A stretch of DNA of 45,947 nt from sequence record OZ035778.1; one strand, given 5' to 3'. Position numbers and translations under genes: made by a program. The DNA is from Vectrevirus NIC06P3. Under the pieces are notes generated by a model that was not told the DNA's origin, searched no databases, and saw nothing but the letters and a program-made list of their open reading frames with translations. This document shows positions 8,671 through 17,916 of this stretch, piece after piece (position 1 is the first letter of the stretch; each line of letters begins with the position of its first letter).

Positions 8671-9590
8671 AGGCGTGTGTGAGCTCTCTCGCCCTCGCCC
8701 TCGCCGGGTTGCCCCCCCCCCCCCCCGCCCCCCCCCGCCGCGCCGGGGGCCGGGGGGGGGGCGGGGGGCGGGGGGGGGGCCGGGCCCGCCGCGCGCCGCC
8801 ACCCGGGAGGAGGCCCCCGCGGCCGTAGACGCGCTGTGCCTGAGCGTCCCCGCCGCGGCCGAGACGGCCCTGCGGCGTCTCCTGGTCGGGGAGGCCGCGG
8901 CGCCTCAGCGCGAGGACGCCGGGTCGACGGCGGCGGCGCCGGCCGGACCGGGCTCCTCCTCGGGCGAGCCCGGCGAGGGCGCGCTCACGGACCAGGCCAG
9001 CCAGAGCCCCAGCGCGTAGAGCGGCAGACCCATCACGAGACGGGCGACGCCCAGGGCCGTCGCCGCGTCCGCGAGGTAGAGCGGCACCTGCACGCCCAGC
9101 CGCAGCGCGAAGACGGCCGCCATCACCCAGGTGGCCGCCGCGTAGGCGCGCCGGCGGCGGGGGTCCGCACGCCATGCGGTCCCCTCCCCGCGCACGAGGC
9201 CGAGGATCAGGCCCACCACGGGCCAGCCCGCGAGGATCGAGACGAGGAACGCGAGGCCGTAGCCGGCGTTCGTGATGAAGCCCCAGAGGTAGTAGTCCCG
9301 GGCCTGCCCCGTGGTCAGGGCCACCGCCACCGAGAGCACGACGACGACGAGCCCGGCCAGGACCTGCGCGGGCGACTGGCGCTGCGCGAGCCGGACCACG
9401 CCCATGAGGACGGCCACGCCCGCGGCGGCCACGCCCGAGGGCCACACCTGCTGGGCCCCCGTGGTTTGGGGGGGTCGTTGTGGTCTGAATCCGCGCGTTT
9501 TCACAATGTAAATTTTTTTTTTTGAGGGGTGGTTGTGCCCGCCCCCCCCGCCCCCCGGGGGGGGCCCCCCCCCCCCCCCCCCCCCCATAT
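8671..9590. other. foreign high-GC block bounded by C/G homopolymer tracts (probable chimeric/artefactual insert)
   Basis: Abrupt composition shift; C16/C8/G10-type runs at 8711-8790 and a C22 run at 9565-9586; T11 run at 9514-9524; minus-strand frame reads like a truncated polytopic membrane protein. Confidence 0.6.
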
Positions 9591-9659
9591 GGGTGGCCTT
9601 GGTGATTGGCTTAGGAATTGGGCTGGGCGGGGCCGTCTTCGACGGGTTGGCTGGGGGGC

Positions 9660-10236
9660 TTGCCTTGTACTATCTTAGTGATACACAAGGGAGGACGCCT
9701 AGGAAGCGCTAGGGCACGCCTTAGTATTGGACAAGGTGATTGCCTTAGTGCAACCACTTTGGGCTTACACAGGCCGTTTTAGGGCCATTCTGGGCTATTG
9801 ACAGGGTGGGCGTGGGTGGGCTATCTGTTCGTTTCGTTCACTCCGCTTGCGCTACGTTCACTCGCTCACGTGTACCTTAGGTTATTGCTTGATGGGTAGC
9901 TTAAGTTAACCTTAGTGGATTGCCTTAGTTAAAGCCTTAGTGCTTCACTTAGTATCAGCTTAGTAGTGTACCTTAGTTGGTCTTAGTTCCTTATCTTAGT
10001 GATTGCACATGCAAGCATATAAGATGCCAATAGGTCGCGGTCGGTAGACCGCTAAAGAAAGAGAATAGTAATAAGATGCAGCAGGAGGAACACCAGAAAC
10101 CTAGCCAACCTAACCTATCCTAGCCTTGTATCTATTGCTTATCCTTAGTCTCACACGTTAGACAACCTAGGTTTATATTAGTAGTTGTGACCTGTATCAC
10201 ATAAATAATCTATCTTAGTGAAACTTAGTGTTGACA
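9660..10236. repeat. array of short CTTAGT(G) repeats in the genome left-end non-coding region
   Basis: At least 15 copies of (C)CTTAGT(G), eight of them within about 100 bp (9900-10010); analogous to the short repeat arrays near T7 termini. Confidence 0.55.
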
Positions 10237-10259
10237 CAGGCAATCAACAGGTGTACATT
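10231..10259 (+). promoter_or_regulatory. host sigma70-like early promoter
   Basis: TTGACA, 17-bp spacer, TACATT. Confidence 0.55.
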
Positions 10260-10410
10260 AGCAATCACTGAGGCGGACCTAGCAAGCTGCCTCAGGTTAT
10301 AAGCAGGAGAATTGATGCGTAAGCCATAGCTAATGGATGTAGTCGCATGAAGGCTTGAGTAAGGGGCCGTTTAATACCTTCTTCCTCTGGAGACAAAGCT
10401 TATAGCACTG

Positions 10411-10424
10411 CTCTTTAACAATTT
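10411..10424 (+). promoter_or_regulatory. conserved early-leader motif CTCTTTAACAATTT (candidate RNase III processing site)
   Basis: Identical 16-mer GCTCTTTAACAATTTG recurs at 11026-11041; resembles my recollection of the T7 R0.3 region (CTCTTTAACAATCTGG). Confidence 0.35.
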
Positions 10425-10741
10425 GCTTAGTGTAACCTATGTATGCCGTGGTTAATTACTTATTGAATGAGGAATTAGCTATGAATTACGAAGAAATGTA
10501 TGAAGCCTACTTCAATGCACTTGATGAAGGAGAAGAAGCATTATCTTTCGCTGAGTTTGTGGAGGCTTTATCATGACATTAAATAACCGTGAGCTATCCG
10601 TTCTCTTCACTCTGTTATGCTACATGATCCGTAACAACGAATTGCTTACAGATGACGAGTTGGCACTATATCACCGCTTTCTGAATGAAGGTTGGACCGA
10701 TACAGTTAACCAGAAACGTGATTTGATTAAGGAGTTAAGCA

Positions 10742-10966
10742 ATGTTTAAACATGAAATCTTCTTCGAGGCAGGAAGTGAAGCACTACGACTACTAGAAGA
10801 GATGGAACAAGCTGGTGTAGCTGTTGACATCACAACCTTTCTTCTGGATTACAACAGAGACTATTATAGTGTTACCTTAGTGACTGAGTATGATAATCAG
10901 GTAATTACCGAGTATCTGGGTAGTGAAGATTATGATTACGATGAAGTAATCACAACAAACTTCTAA
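10742..10966 (+). CDS. hypothetical early protein, strongly acidic
   Basis: 74-aa ORF with RBS AAGGAG; D/E/Y-rich C-terminal half. Confidence 0.45.
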   Translation: MFKHEIFFEAGSEALRLLEEMEQAGVAVDITTFLLDYNRDYYSVTLVTEYDNQVITEYLGSEDYDYDEVITTNF

Positions 10967-10974
10967 ATTAACCA

Positions 10975-11003
10975 TTGACAACCACGGCATACAAGGTTAC
11001 ATT
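10975..11003 (+). promoter_or_regulatory. host sigma70-like early promoter
   Basis: TTGACA, 17-bp spacer, TACATT; upstream of ocr. Confidence 0.55.
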
Positions 11004-11132
11004 AAGCACATAGCCGAAAGGCAACGCTCTTTAACAATTTGGATAAAGCTTCTTAGTCTGGCGAGGTTAGACCTAGGGTATTCTTTTGAGTACCCTATAA
11101 TGTAACCTAACTAACTAATGAGGATTAATAAC

Positions 11133-11486
11133 ATGGCTATGTCTAACATGACTTACTCTCAGGTTTACAACACTGCTCATGCTGCACTGGTTGAACGCGT
11201 ATGGGATGATGCCATTGATTGTATTGATAACGCACATGATGCAATCCATGAGGTAGCGGATGGTGCTGTACCAGTCTATTATGCTAACATCTTCTCAGTG
11301 ATGGCGAGTGAAGGTATTGATCACTTCTTCGAAGACTCCGGCCTGATGCCAGACACTAAAGATGTGACGGTAGTATTGCAAGCCCGTATCTATGAGCAAC
11401 TTACAATCGACCTGTGGGAATGTGTACAGGATATGATTGATGCGTACATCGACTCAGCCGAATACTCAGAAGAAGAGGAAGAATAA
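11133..11486 (+). CDS. ocr: Ocr (gene 0.3) DNA-mimic anti-restriction protein
   Basis: MAMSNMTY..., [31 protein letters not shown] and [15 protein letters not shown], with acidic EEEEE tail, closely match T7 Ocr as I recall it. Confidence 0.85.
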   Translation: MAMSNMTYSQVYNTAHAALVERVWDDAIDCIDNAHDAIHEVADGAVPVYYANIFSVMASEGIDHFFEDSGLMPDTKDVTVVLQARIYEQLTIDLWECVQDMIDAYIDSAEYSEEEEE

Positions 11487-11592
11487 AGATGGAAAAGCAA
11501 TACAACTTTATCTTTTCCGACGGCGTAACCCTGAAGTGTTCCTTGCGATTCGCACAGATTCGCGAGGAAGTGCTAGGCACTACATACAAACT

Positions 11593-11616
11593 ATTTAGCT
11601 GACACTATAAGAGAAG
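11593..11616 (+). promoter_or_regulatory. variant phage promoter (ATTTAGCTGACACTATAAGAGAAG)
   Basis: Three mismatches to the SP6 consensus; strength unknown. Confidence 0.4.
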
Positions 11617-11683
11617 ATTTAACAGGGCGTTACTTGTTAGCGCCCGATTAAGTTTATCTCAATAAACCAAATAGGTGATTATT

Positions 11684-12568
11684 ATGACTACTGAAAACAC
11701 CCTCGTTTCTGTTCGTGAAGCTGCAACCGCTGAGATCAAGCAACACTTAGACAATATCGGCACTTCCTATATCAAGATTGGGGCTTGTCTGAATGAGCTA
11801 CGCGGTGACTTTGAAGGTCAAAAAGAGTTTTTAGCTTATGTAGAAGCTGAATTTGCCATTAAGAAGGCACAATGTTACAAGCTGATGAGTGTTGCCCGTG
11901 TCTTTGAAGGAGATGAACGCTTTAAAGGTGTGGCGATGCGTGTAATGCTGGCTCTTGTTCCTTTCGCTGATGAGAATATCATCATGGAAAAGGCTGCGGA
12001 ACTTGCCGCAGATGGCAAGTTGGACACTAACGCTGTAAACGCCCTGATTGAGCCTAAGAAAGAGACAAAGGCCGAGATGGTACAACCTAAGCCTGCGCCA
12101 GTAAAACCGCAGGAGAACGCGACTGGGGCCGCAGAAACACAGGAAACGCAAGCGCCGCAGGCAGTGCCACCAGTTAGCGAGACAGAGGCTGATGAATCAG
12201 CACCGTGGGAAGAGGAAAGCAAGCCGGAAGCTACAAAGGCCGCGCCACTGGATAACACGGCTAACACTGAGAATGCCGCTATCGCTGGCCTACTGGCACA
12301 GATTAAGGCACTGACTGAGCAACTACAGGCAGCTAATGACCGCATCGCATCTTTGAGCAGTGCACGCGAAAGCAAGAAGGCAGCCGCGCCTATGCTTCCA
12401 CAGTTTAAATCTTCTTGTTTTTACGCTCGCCTAGGGTTGAGCGCTGAGGAAGCAACTAAGAAAACGGCTGTTAACAAAGCTCGCCGCGAATTGGTTAAAC
12501 TGGGATATGGTGAAGGCCATGAGGCATGGGCTTTAATCTCTGAGGCAGTAGAAGAATTAACTAAGTAA
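11684..12568 (+). CDS. hypothetical early protein (N-terminal domain, P/E/A/T-rich linker, C-terminal helical domain)
   Basis: 294-aa ORF with RBS GGTGA; occupies the slot of T7 gene 0.7 but has no kinase motifs. Confidence 0.6.
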   Translation: MTTENTLVSVREAATAEIKQHLDNIGTSYIKIGACLNELRGDFEGQKEFLAYVEAEFAIKKAQCYKLMSVARVFEGDERFKGVAMRVMLALVPFADENIIMEKAAELAADGKLDTNAVNALIEPKKETKAEMVQPKPAPVKPQENATGAAETQETQAPQAVPPVSETEADESAPWEEESKPEATKAAPLDNTANTENAAIAGLLAQIKALTEQLQAANDRIASLSSARESKKAAAPMLPQFKSSCFYARLGLSAEEATKKTAVNKARRELVKLGYGEGHEAWALISEAVEELTK

Positions 12569-12631
12569 CCTTATCGGTGGCATCTTCTTAGGTGTCACCT
12601 ATTAAGGTTTCTTTCACTAGGAGTAAACAAG

Positions 12632-15259
12632 ATGCAAGATTTACATGCTATCCAGCTTCAATTAGAAGAAGAAATGTTTAACGGTGGCATTCGTCGCTTT
12701 GAAGCAGACCAACAGCGCCAAATTGCATCCGGTAACGAATCCGATACAGCTTGGAATCGCCGCTTATTATCCGAGTTAATCGCGCCAATGGCTGAAGGTA
12801 TTCAGGCTTATAAGGAAGAGTACGAAGGTAAAAGAGGCCGTGCACCGCGTGCATTAGCTTTCATTAACTGTGTAGAAAACGAAGTGGCAGCATATATCAC
12901 GATGAAAATCGTTATGGATATGCTGAACACGGATGTAACCTTGCAAGCGATAGCCATGAATGTAGCGGACCGCATCGAAGACCAAGTCCGCTTTAGCAAG
13001 CTGGAAGGTCACGCCGCAAAATACTTTGAGAAAGTTAAGAAGTCACTTAAGGCAAGTAAGACTAAAGCCTATCGCCATGCGCATAATGTAGCGGTAGTTG
13101 CTGAAAAGTCAGTGGCTGACCGTGACGCAGACTTCTCCCGCTGGGAGGCGTGGCCTAAAGATACCTTGCTGCAAATAGGCACTACCCTGCTTGAAATCTT
13201 AGAGAATAGTGTGTTCTTCAACGGTCAGCCTGTTTTCCTCCGCACCTTGCGCACTAATGGCGGCAAGCATGGCGTTTACTACTTACAGACTAGTGAACAC
13301 GTTGGCGAGTGGATAACTGCATTTAAAGAGCACGTAGCGCAGCTTAGTCCTGCCTATGCGCCTTGCGTTATCCCTCCGCGTCCGTGGGTGTCACCATTTA
13401 ACGGTGGTTTTCACACTGAGAGAGTGGCTAGTCGTATCCGTCTAGTTAAAGGCAACCGCGAGCACGTCCGCAAGCTAACCAAAAAGCAAATGCCAGCGGT
13501 TTACAAGGCTGTTAACGCTTTGCAGGCGACCAAGTGGCAGGTTAATAAGGAAGTGTTGCAGGTTGTTGAGGATGTTATCCGCCTAGACCTTGGTTATGGT
13601 GTGCCTTCCTTTAAGCCACTCATCGACCGCGAGAATAAGCCAGCTAATCCGGTTCCGCTTGAGTTCCAGCACCTGCGCGGTCGTGAACTGAAAGAAATGT
13701 TAACACCGGAACAATGGCAAGCCTTCATCAACTGGAAGGGTGAATGTACTAAGCTGTATACCGCAGAGACTAAGCGTGGCAGTAAGTCGGCGGCAACCGT
13801 TCGCATGGTCGGGCAAGCCCGTAAATACAGCCAGTTTGACGCTATTTATTTTGTATATGCACTGGATAGCCGTTCACGCGTTTATGCGCAATCTAGCACG
13901 CTCTCGCCGCAGTCAAACGACCTAGGCAAGGCATTGCTACGATTTACCGAAGGGCAGCCGCTAAACAGCTCTGAAGCGCTTAAATGGTTTTTGGTGAACG
14001 GGGCAAATAACTGGGGTTGGGATAAGAAAACCTTCGACGTCCGCACCGCTAATGTGCTGGATGGCGAATTTCAGGACATGTGCCGCGATATTGCAGCCGA
14101 TCCTCTGACCTTCACTCAATGGGTAAATGCCGATTCACCTTATGGGTTTCTTGCATGGTGCTTTGAGTACGCTCGCTATTTGGATGCACTGGAGGAAGGC
14201 ACACAAGATCAGTTCATGACACACCTGCCAGTACACCAAGACGGTAGCTGTTCCGGCATTCAGCACTATAGCGCGATGTTACGCGATGAAGTAGGTGCGA
14301 AAGCGGTAAACCTTAAGCCGTCCGATGAGCCGCAAGATATTTATGGGGCCGTTGCGCAAGTAGTTATCCAGAAGAACTATGCTTACATGAATGCAGATGA
14401 TGCAGAGACTTTCACGTCTGGCAGCGTCACCCTTACAGGTGCGGAATTGCGTAGCATGGCTAGCGCGTGGGATATGATAGGAATCACTCGCGGCTTAACC
14501 AAAAAGCCAGTGATGACCTTGCCTTACGGCTCCACCCGCTTAACCTGCCGTGAGTCGGTGATCGATTATATCGTTGATTTAGAAGAAAAAGAGGCACAAA
14601 GAGCTATTGCAGAAGGGCGGACGGCTAACCCTGTTCATCCCTTTGATAATGACCGTAAAGATTACTTAACTCCGGGCGCGGCGTATAACTATATGACCGC
14701 TCTTATCTGGCCTTCAATCTCTGAGGTTGTGAAAGCTCCGATAGTTGCCATGAAGATGATTAGGCAACTTGCACGCTTTGCAGCTAAAAGGAATGAAGGG
14801 TTAGAATACCCTCTGCCTACTGGCTTCATATTGCAACAAAAGATAATGGCTACCGATATGCTCCGCGTATCCACTTGTTTGATGGGTGAAATCAAGATGA
14901 GTCTACAGATTGAAACCGATGTGGTGGATGAAACGGCAATGATGGGTGCGGCTGCTCCTAACTTTGTGCATGGTCATGATGCTAGTCACCTTATCCTGAC
15001 TGTATGTGACCTCGTGGATAAAGGTATTACATCCATTGCAGTTATTCATGACTCTTTCGGCACTCATGCAGGACGTACCGCAGACTTGCGTGACAGCTTA
15101 AGGGCAGAAATGGTTAAGATGTATCAAAACCATAATGCCTTGCAAAACCTGCTGGATGTGCACGAAGAACGTTGGTTAGTAGACACCGGAATCCAAGTAC
15201 CCGAGCAAGGGGCGTTTGACCTTAACGAAATCTTAATATCTGACTATTGCTTCGCATAA
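12632..15259 (+). CDS. single-subunit DNA-dependent RNA polymerase, SP6-like
   Basis: 875 aa; near-colinear with the SP6 RNA polymerase as I recall it ([32 protein letters not shown]..., [15 protein letters not shown], ... FA C-terminus). Confidence 0.97.
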   Translation: MQDLHAIQLQLEEEMFNGGIRRFEADQQRQIASGNESDTAWNRRLLSELIAPMAEGIQAYKEEYEGKRGRAPRALAFINCVENEVAAYITMKIVMDMLNTDVTLQAIAMNVADRIEDQVRFSKLEGHAAKYFEKVKKSLKASKTKAYRHAHNVAVVAEKSVADRDADFSRWEAWPKDTLLQIGTTLLEILENSVFFNGQPVFLRTLRTNGGKHGVYYLQTSEHVGEWITAFKEHVAQLSPAYAPCVIPPRPWVSPFNGGFHTERVASRIRLVKGNREHVRKLTKKQMPAVYKAVNALQATKWQVNKEVLQVVEDVIRLDLGYGVPSFKPLIDRENKPANPVPLEFQHLRGRELKEMLTPEQWQAFINWKGECTKLYTAETKRGSKSAATVRMVGQARKYSQFDAIYFVYALDSRSRVYAQSSTLSPQSNDLGKALLRFTEGQPLNSSEALKWFLVNGANNWGWDKKTFDVRTANVLDGEFQDMCRDIAADPLTFTQWVNADSPYGFLAWCFEYARYLDALEEGTQDQFMTHLPVHQDGSCSGIQHYSAMLRDEVGAKAVNLKPSDEPQDIYGAVAQVVIQKNYAYMNADDAETFTSGSVTLTGAELRSMASAWDMIGITRGLTKKPVMTLPYGSTRLTCRESVIDYIVDLEEKEAQRAIAEGRTANPVHPFDNDRKDYLTPGAAYNYMTALIWPSISEVVKAPIVAMKMIRQLARFAAKRNEGLEYPLPTGFILQQKIMATDMLRVSTCLMGEIKMSLQIETDVVDETAMMGAAAPNFVHGHDASHLILTVCDLVDKGITSIAVIHDSFGTHAGRTADLRDSLRAEMVKMYQNHNALQNLLDVHEERWLVDTGIQVPEQGAFDLNEILISDYCFA

Positions 15260-15331
15260 TATTGATAGGCCATTCCTTCGGGAGTGGCCTTTTCTTTACC
15301 TACTACCTGTAACATTTCATTAACATAAAGT

Positions 15332-15347
15332 GTCTCACATGTGAGAC
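15332..15347. promoter_or_regulatory. 16-bp perfect palindrome GTCTCACATGTGAGAC, copy 1
   Basis: Exact core also at 15518, 18599, 24792 and 41458, with a one-base variant at 20024; all intergenic. Confidence 0.5.
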
Positions 15348-15350
15348 TTA

Positions 15351-15373
15351 TATTTACCGGACACTATAGGATA
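15351..15373 (+). promoter_or_regulatory. phage promoter
   Basis: TATTTACCGGACACTATAGGATA. Confidence 0.7.
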
Positions 15374-15517
15374 AACCATCGGAGATGGGAAAGAGAAGGG
15401 AAGATAAAGGATATAAAGGAAGTAATAGGTATTAAAGGTTATATAGGTTTACCTAGGAATACCTATTACCTTCTTCCTTCCTCCTCTTACTACTTAGAGG
15501 AAGGGCAGACCTATGTT

Positions 15518-15533
15518 GTCTCACATGTGAGAC
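15518..15533. promoter_or_regulatory. 16-bp palindrome GTCTCACATGTGAGAC, copy 2
   Basis: Exact repeat of the core. Confidence 0.5.
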
Positions 15534-15537
15534 TTCG

Positions 15538-15560
15538 TATTTACCGGACAATATAGATAA
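15538..15560 (+). promoter_or_regulatory. variant phage promoter (GTATTTACCGGACAATATAGATA)
   Basis: Two core mismatches; second of a tandem pair downstream of the RNA polymerase gene. Confidence 0.5.
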
Positions 15561-15586
15561 GACTAACTCACTTTGGAGATTTAAAG

Positions 15587-15715
15587 ATGCGTAACTTTGA
15601 GAAGATGACCTGTAAAGCTAACCGTTTTGACATGGAAGAAGGGCAGAAGAAAGGCAAGAAGCTGAATAAACCTGTCCGTGACCGTGCATCCAAACGCGCA
15701 GCGTGGGAGTTCTAA
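15587..15715 (+). CDS. small basic protein, T7 gp1.1-like
   Basis: 42 aa starting MRNFEKMT, as T7 gp1.1 does by my recollection; position right after the RNA polymerase gene. Confidence 0.5.
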   Translation: MRNFEKMTCKANRFDMEEGQKKGKKLNKPVRDRASKRAAWEF

Positions 15716-15718
15716 GTT

Positions 15719-15937
15719 ATGGCTAAATATAGAATTAAGACACACATGGATTGCAGCGGTGTGGAACGTTATACAGTTCAGCGTAAAATACTAGGATTAT
15801 TATGGGTAGATTGCATCATACCGTTTGGATATGTAGATGGCCCTGCTATCTTCTCTCATGAAGAAGATGCCAAGGCATTTATATCAAAAAGAAAGAAGAT
15901 TGATTCCTATAAGTCTAAAGTTATTAAGGTGAACTAA
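15719..15937 (+). CDS. hypothetical protein
   Basis: 72-aa ORF with RBS GGGAG; stop overlaps the primase/helicase start. Confidence 0.4.
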   Translation: MAKYRIKTHMDCSGVERYTVQRKILGLLWVDCIIPFGYVDGPAIFSHEEDAKAFISKRKKIDSYKSKVIKVN

Positions 15938-17916
15938 TGGCTATTATTAATAACATCCCGTGCCCTGCCTGCCAGAAGAATGGACACGATAAATCCGGCA
16001 ATCATCTTATGATATTTGATGATGGTGCTGGCTATTGTAACCGTGGTCACTTCCACGATAATGGCAGACCTTACTACCATAAGCCTGAAGGCGGCATCGA
16101 GATAACCGAGTTGCCTATCACAGGTAACATCAAATACACCCCTTCCCAATTCAAAGAGATGGAGAAGGAAGGGAAGATTAGCGACCCTAAACTACGCGCC
16201 ATCGCACTTGGTGGTATGCGTATGAAAGACCGTTGGGAGGTCATGAATGAGCAAGAAAGGGCAGACCAAGAAGCAGAGTGGAAACTTGATGTTGAATGGT
16301 TCCTCACGCTTAAGCGTAAGAACCTTGTTTCCCGACACATTCGCGGCGACATTTGCGCATTGTATGATGTACGTGTCGGACACGATGAAGAAGGTAGAGT
16401 CTCGCGGCATTATTATCCACGCTTCGAAAAAGGTGAGTTAGTAGGCGCTAAGTGTCGCACATTACCTAAAGACTTTAAGTTTGGTCACTTAGGCAAGCTC
16501 TTTGGTATGCAAGACCTTTTCGGGATGAACACTTTGTCTCACGTGTTAGACAAGGGAAGACGAAAGGATTGCTTACTTATTGTAGGCGGTGAACTTGATG
16601 CACTAGCAGCGCAGCAGATGCTTCTTGATTCTGCCAAAGGCACTAAGTGGGAAGGCCAACCCTACCATGTATGGTCTGTCAACAAGGGGGAGTCTTGCCT
16701 TGAAGAGATAGTGCAAAACCGTGAGCACATCGCCCAATTCAAGAAGATTATTTGGGGCTTTGATGGAGATGAGGTAGGGCAGAAGCAGAACCAGCAAGCG
16801 GCTCGCCTGTTTCCCGGCAAATCCTATATCCTTGAGTACCCTTCTGGTTGCAAAGATGCTAACAAGGCATTGATGGCTGGCAAGTCTAAAGAGTTTGTGG
16901 ATGCATGGTTTAATGCCAAGTCCTCTGATGAAGTCTTTGGTAGCCAGATTAAATCTATCGCATCTCAAAGGGACAAGCTCAAAGCTGCACGCCCAGAGCA
17001 AGGGTTGTCATGGCCTTGGCCTAAGCTGAACAAGGTAACGCTAGGTATTCGTAAGAATCAGCTTATCATTGTAGGTGCAGGCTCTGGTGTGGGTAAGACT
17101 GAGTTCCTTCGTGAAGTAGTTAAGCATCTCATTGAAGAGCATGGAGAATCTGTAGGCATCATTTCTACAGAAGACCCGATGGTCAAGGTATCCCGTGCCT
17201 TTATCGGTAAGTGGATTGATAAGCGTATTGAACTACCGCCAACCAACGATCCGAAAGAGGATGGATACCGTGAGGTGTTCGACTACACAGAGGAAGAAGC
17301 TAATGCTGCCATTGATTATGTAGCTGACACAGGGAAGCTATTTGTGGCTGACCTAGAAGGTGACTATTCAATGGAGAAGGTGGAGCAAACTTGCCTTGAG
17401 TTTGAGGCTATGGGTATTTCTAATATCATCATTGATAACTTAACGGGGATTAAATTAGATGAGCGTGCTTTTGGTGGGAAGGTTGGTGCACTTGATGAAT
17501 GCGTCAAGCGGATTGGTACTATCAAAGACCGACACCCAGTTACTATATTCCTTGTATCACACCTTACACGCCCTGCGGGAAATAGAGTCCAGCACGAAGA
17601 AGGTGGCGAGGTTATCCTTTCTGACTTCCGAGGCTCAGGCGCTATCGGATTCTGGGCATCTTACGCCTTGGGGATTGAGCGTAATACAAGAGCTGAAACG
17701 CTTGATGAAAGGACTACCACGTACATCTCATGTGTCAAAGACCGTGACCAAGGTGTGTGGACTGGCACTAAAGTGAAACTTAAAGGTGATATGACCACAG
17801 GGAGGTTGTTGGAATGGGAAGATCGTGTTTCTAGATTTGACACAGGTATCCCTAAGGAGCAAAGTGTACCTGATGAAAACACAGGAGAGTTGAATGAAGA
17901 AACTTCAGAGTTTTGA
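15937..17916 (+). CDS. DNA primase/helicase (T7 gp4-like)
   Basis: N-terminal zinc ribbon CPACQ ... CNRGH; Walker A GAGSGVGKT; 659 aa. Confidence 0.93.
   Translation: MAIINNIPCPACQKNGHDKSGNHLMIFDDGAGYCNRGHFHDNGRPYYHKPEGGIEITELPITGNIKYTPSQFKEMEKEGKISDPKLRAIALGGMRMKDRWEVMNEQERADQEAEWKLDVEWFLTLKRKNLVSRHIRGDICALYDVRVGHDEEGRVSRHYYPRFEKGELVGAKCRTLPKDFKFGHLGKLFGMQDLFGMNTLSHVLDKGRRKDCLLIVGGELDALAAQQMLLDSAKGTKWEGQPYHVWSVNKGESCLEEIVQNREHIAQFKKIIWGFDGDEVGQKQNQQAARLFPGKSYILEYPSGCKDANKALMAGKSKEFVDAWFNAKSSDEVFGSQIKSIASQRDKLKAARPEQGLSWPWPKLNKVTLGIRKNQLIIVGAGSGVGKTEFLREVVKHLIEEHGESVGIISTEDPMVKVSRAFIGKWIDKRIELPPTNDPKEDGYREVFDYTEEEANAAIDYVADTGKLFVADLEGDYSMEKVEQTCLEFEAMGISNIIIDNLTGIKLDERAFGGKVGALDECVKRIGTIKDRHPVTIFLVSHLTRPAGNRVQHEEGGEVILSDFRGSGAIGFWASYALGIERNTRAETLDERTTTYISCVKDRDQGVWTGTKVKLKGDMTTGRLLEWEDRVSRFDTGIPKEQSVPDENTGELNEETSEF

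Noticed and set aside
8585-9525. Long ORFs in several frames inside the GC-rich block (8585..9445 minus, 8675..9019 plus, 8836..9525 plus, 9311..9511 plus)
   Set aside because: Stop codons are AT-rich, so open frames are expected by chance in near-pure G/C sequence. The translations are Gly/Pro/Arg/Ala low-complexity with no start context. Only the 8905..9588 minus frame looks protein-like, and even that is a truncated fragment.
8608-9671. Possible short inverted repeat flanking the GC block (CTTAGTCCTGTACAAGG at about 8608 and CCTTGTACTATCTTAGTG at about 9654)
   Set aside because: Only about 8 bp of true complementarity (GTACAAGG / CCTTGTAC), too short to support an insertion-sequence or target-duplication interpretation.
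15341-15556. 71-aa ORF spanning the region between the two promoters after the RNA polymerase gene
   Set aside because: It runs through palindromes, promoter cores and the purine/pyrimidine inverted repeat, with no RBS; it is better explained as a non-coding regulatory or origin region.
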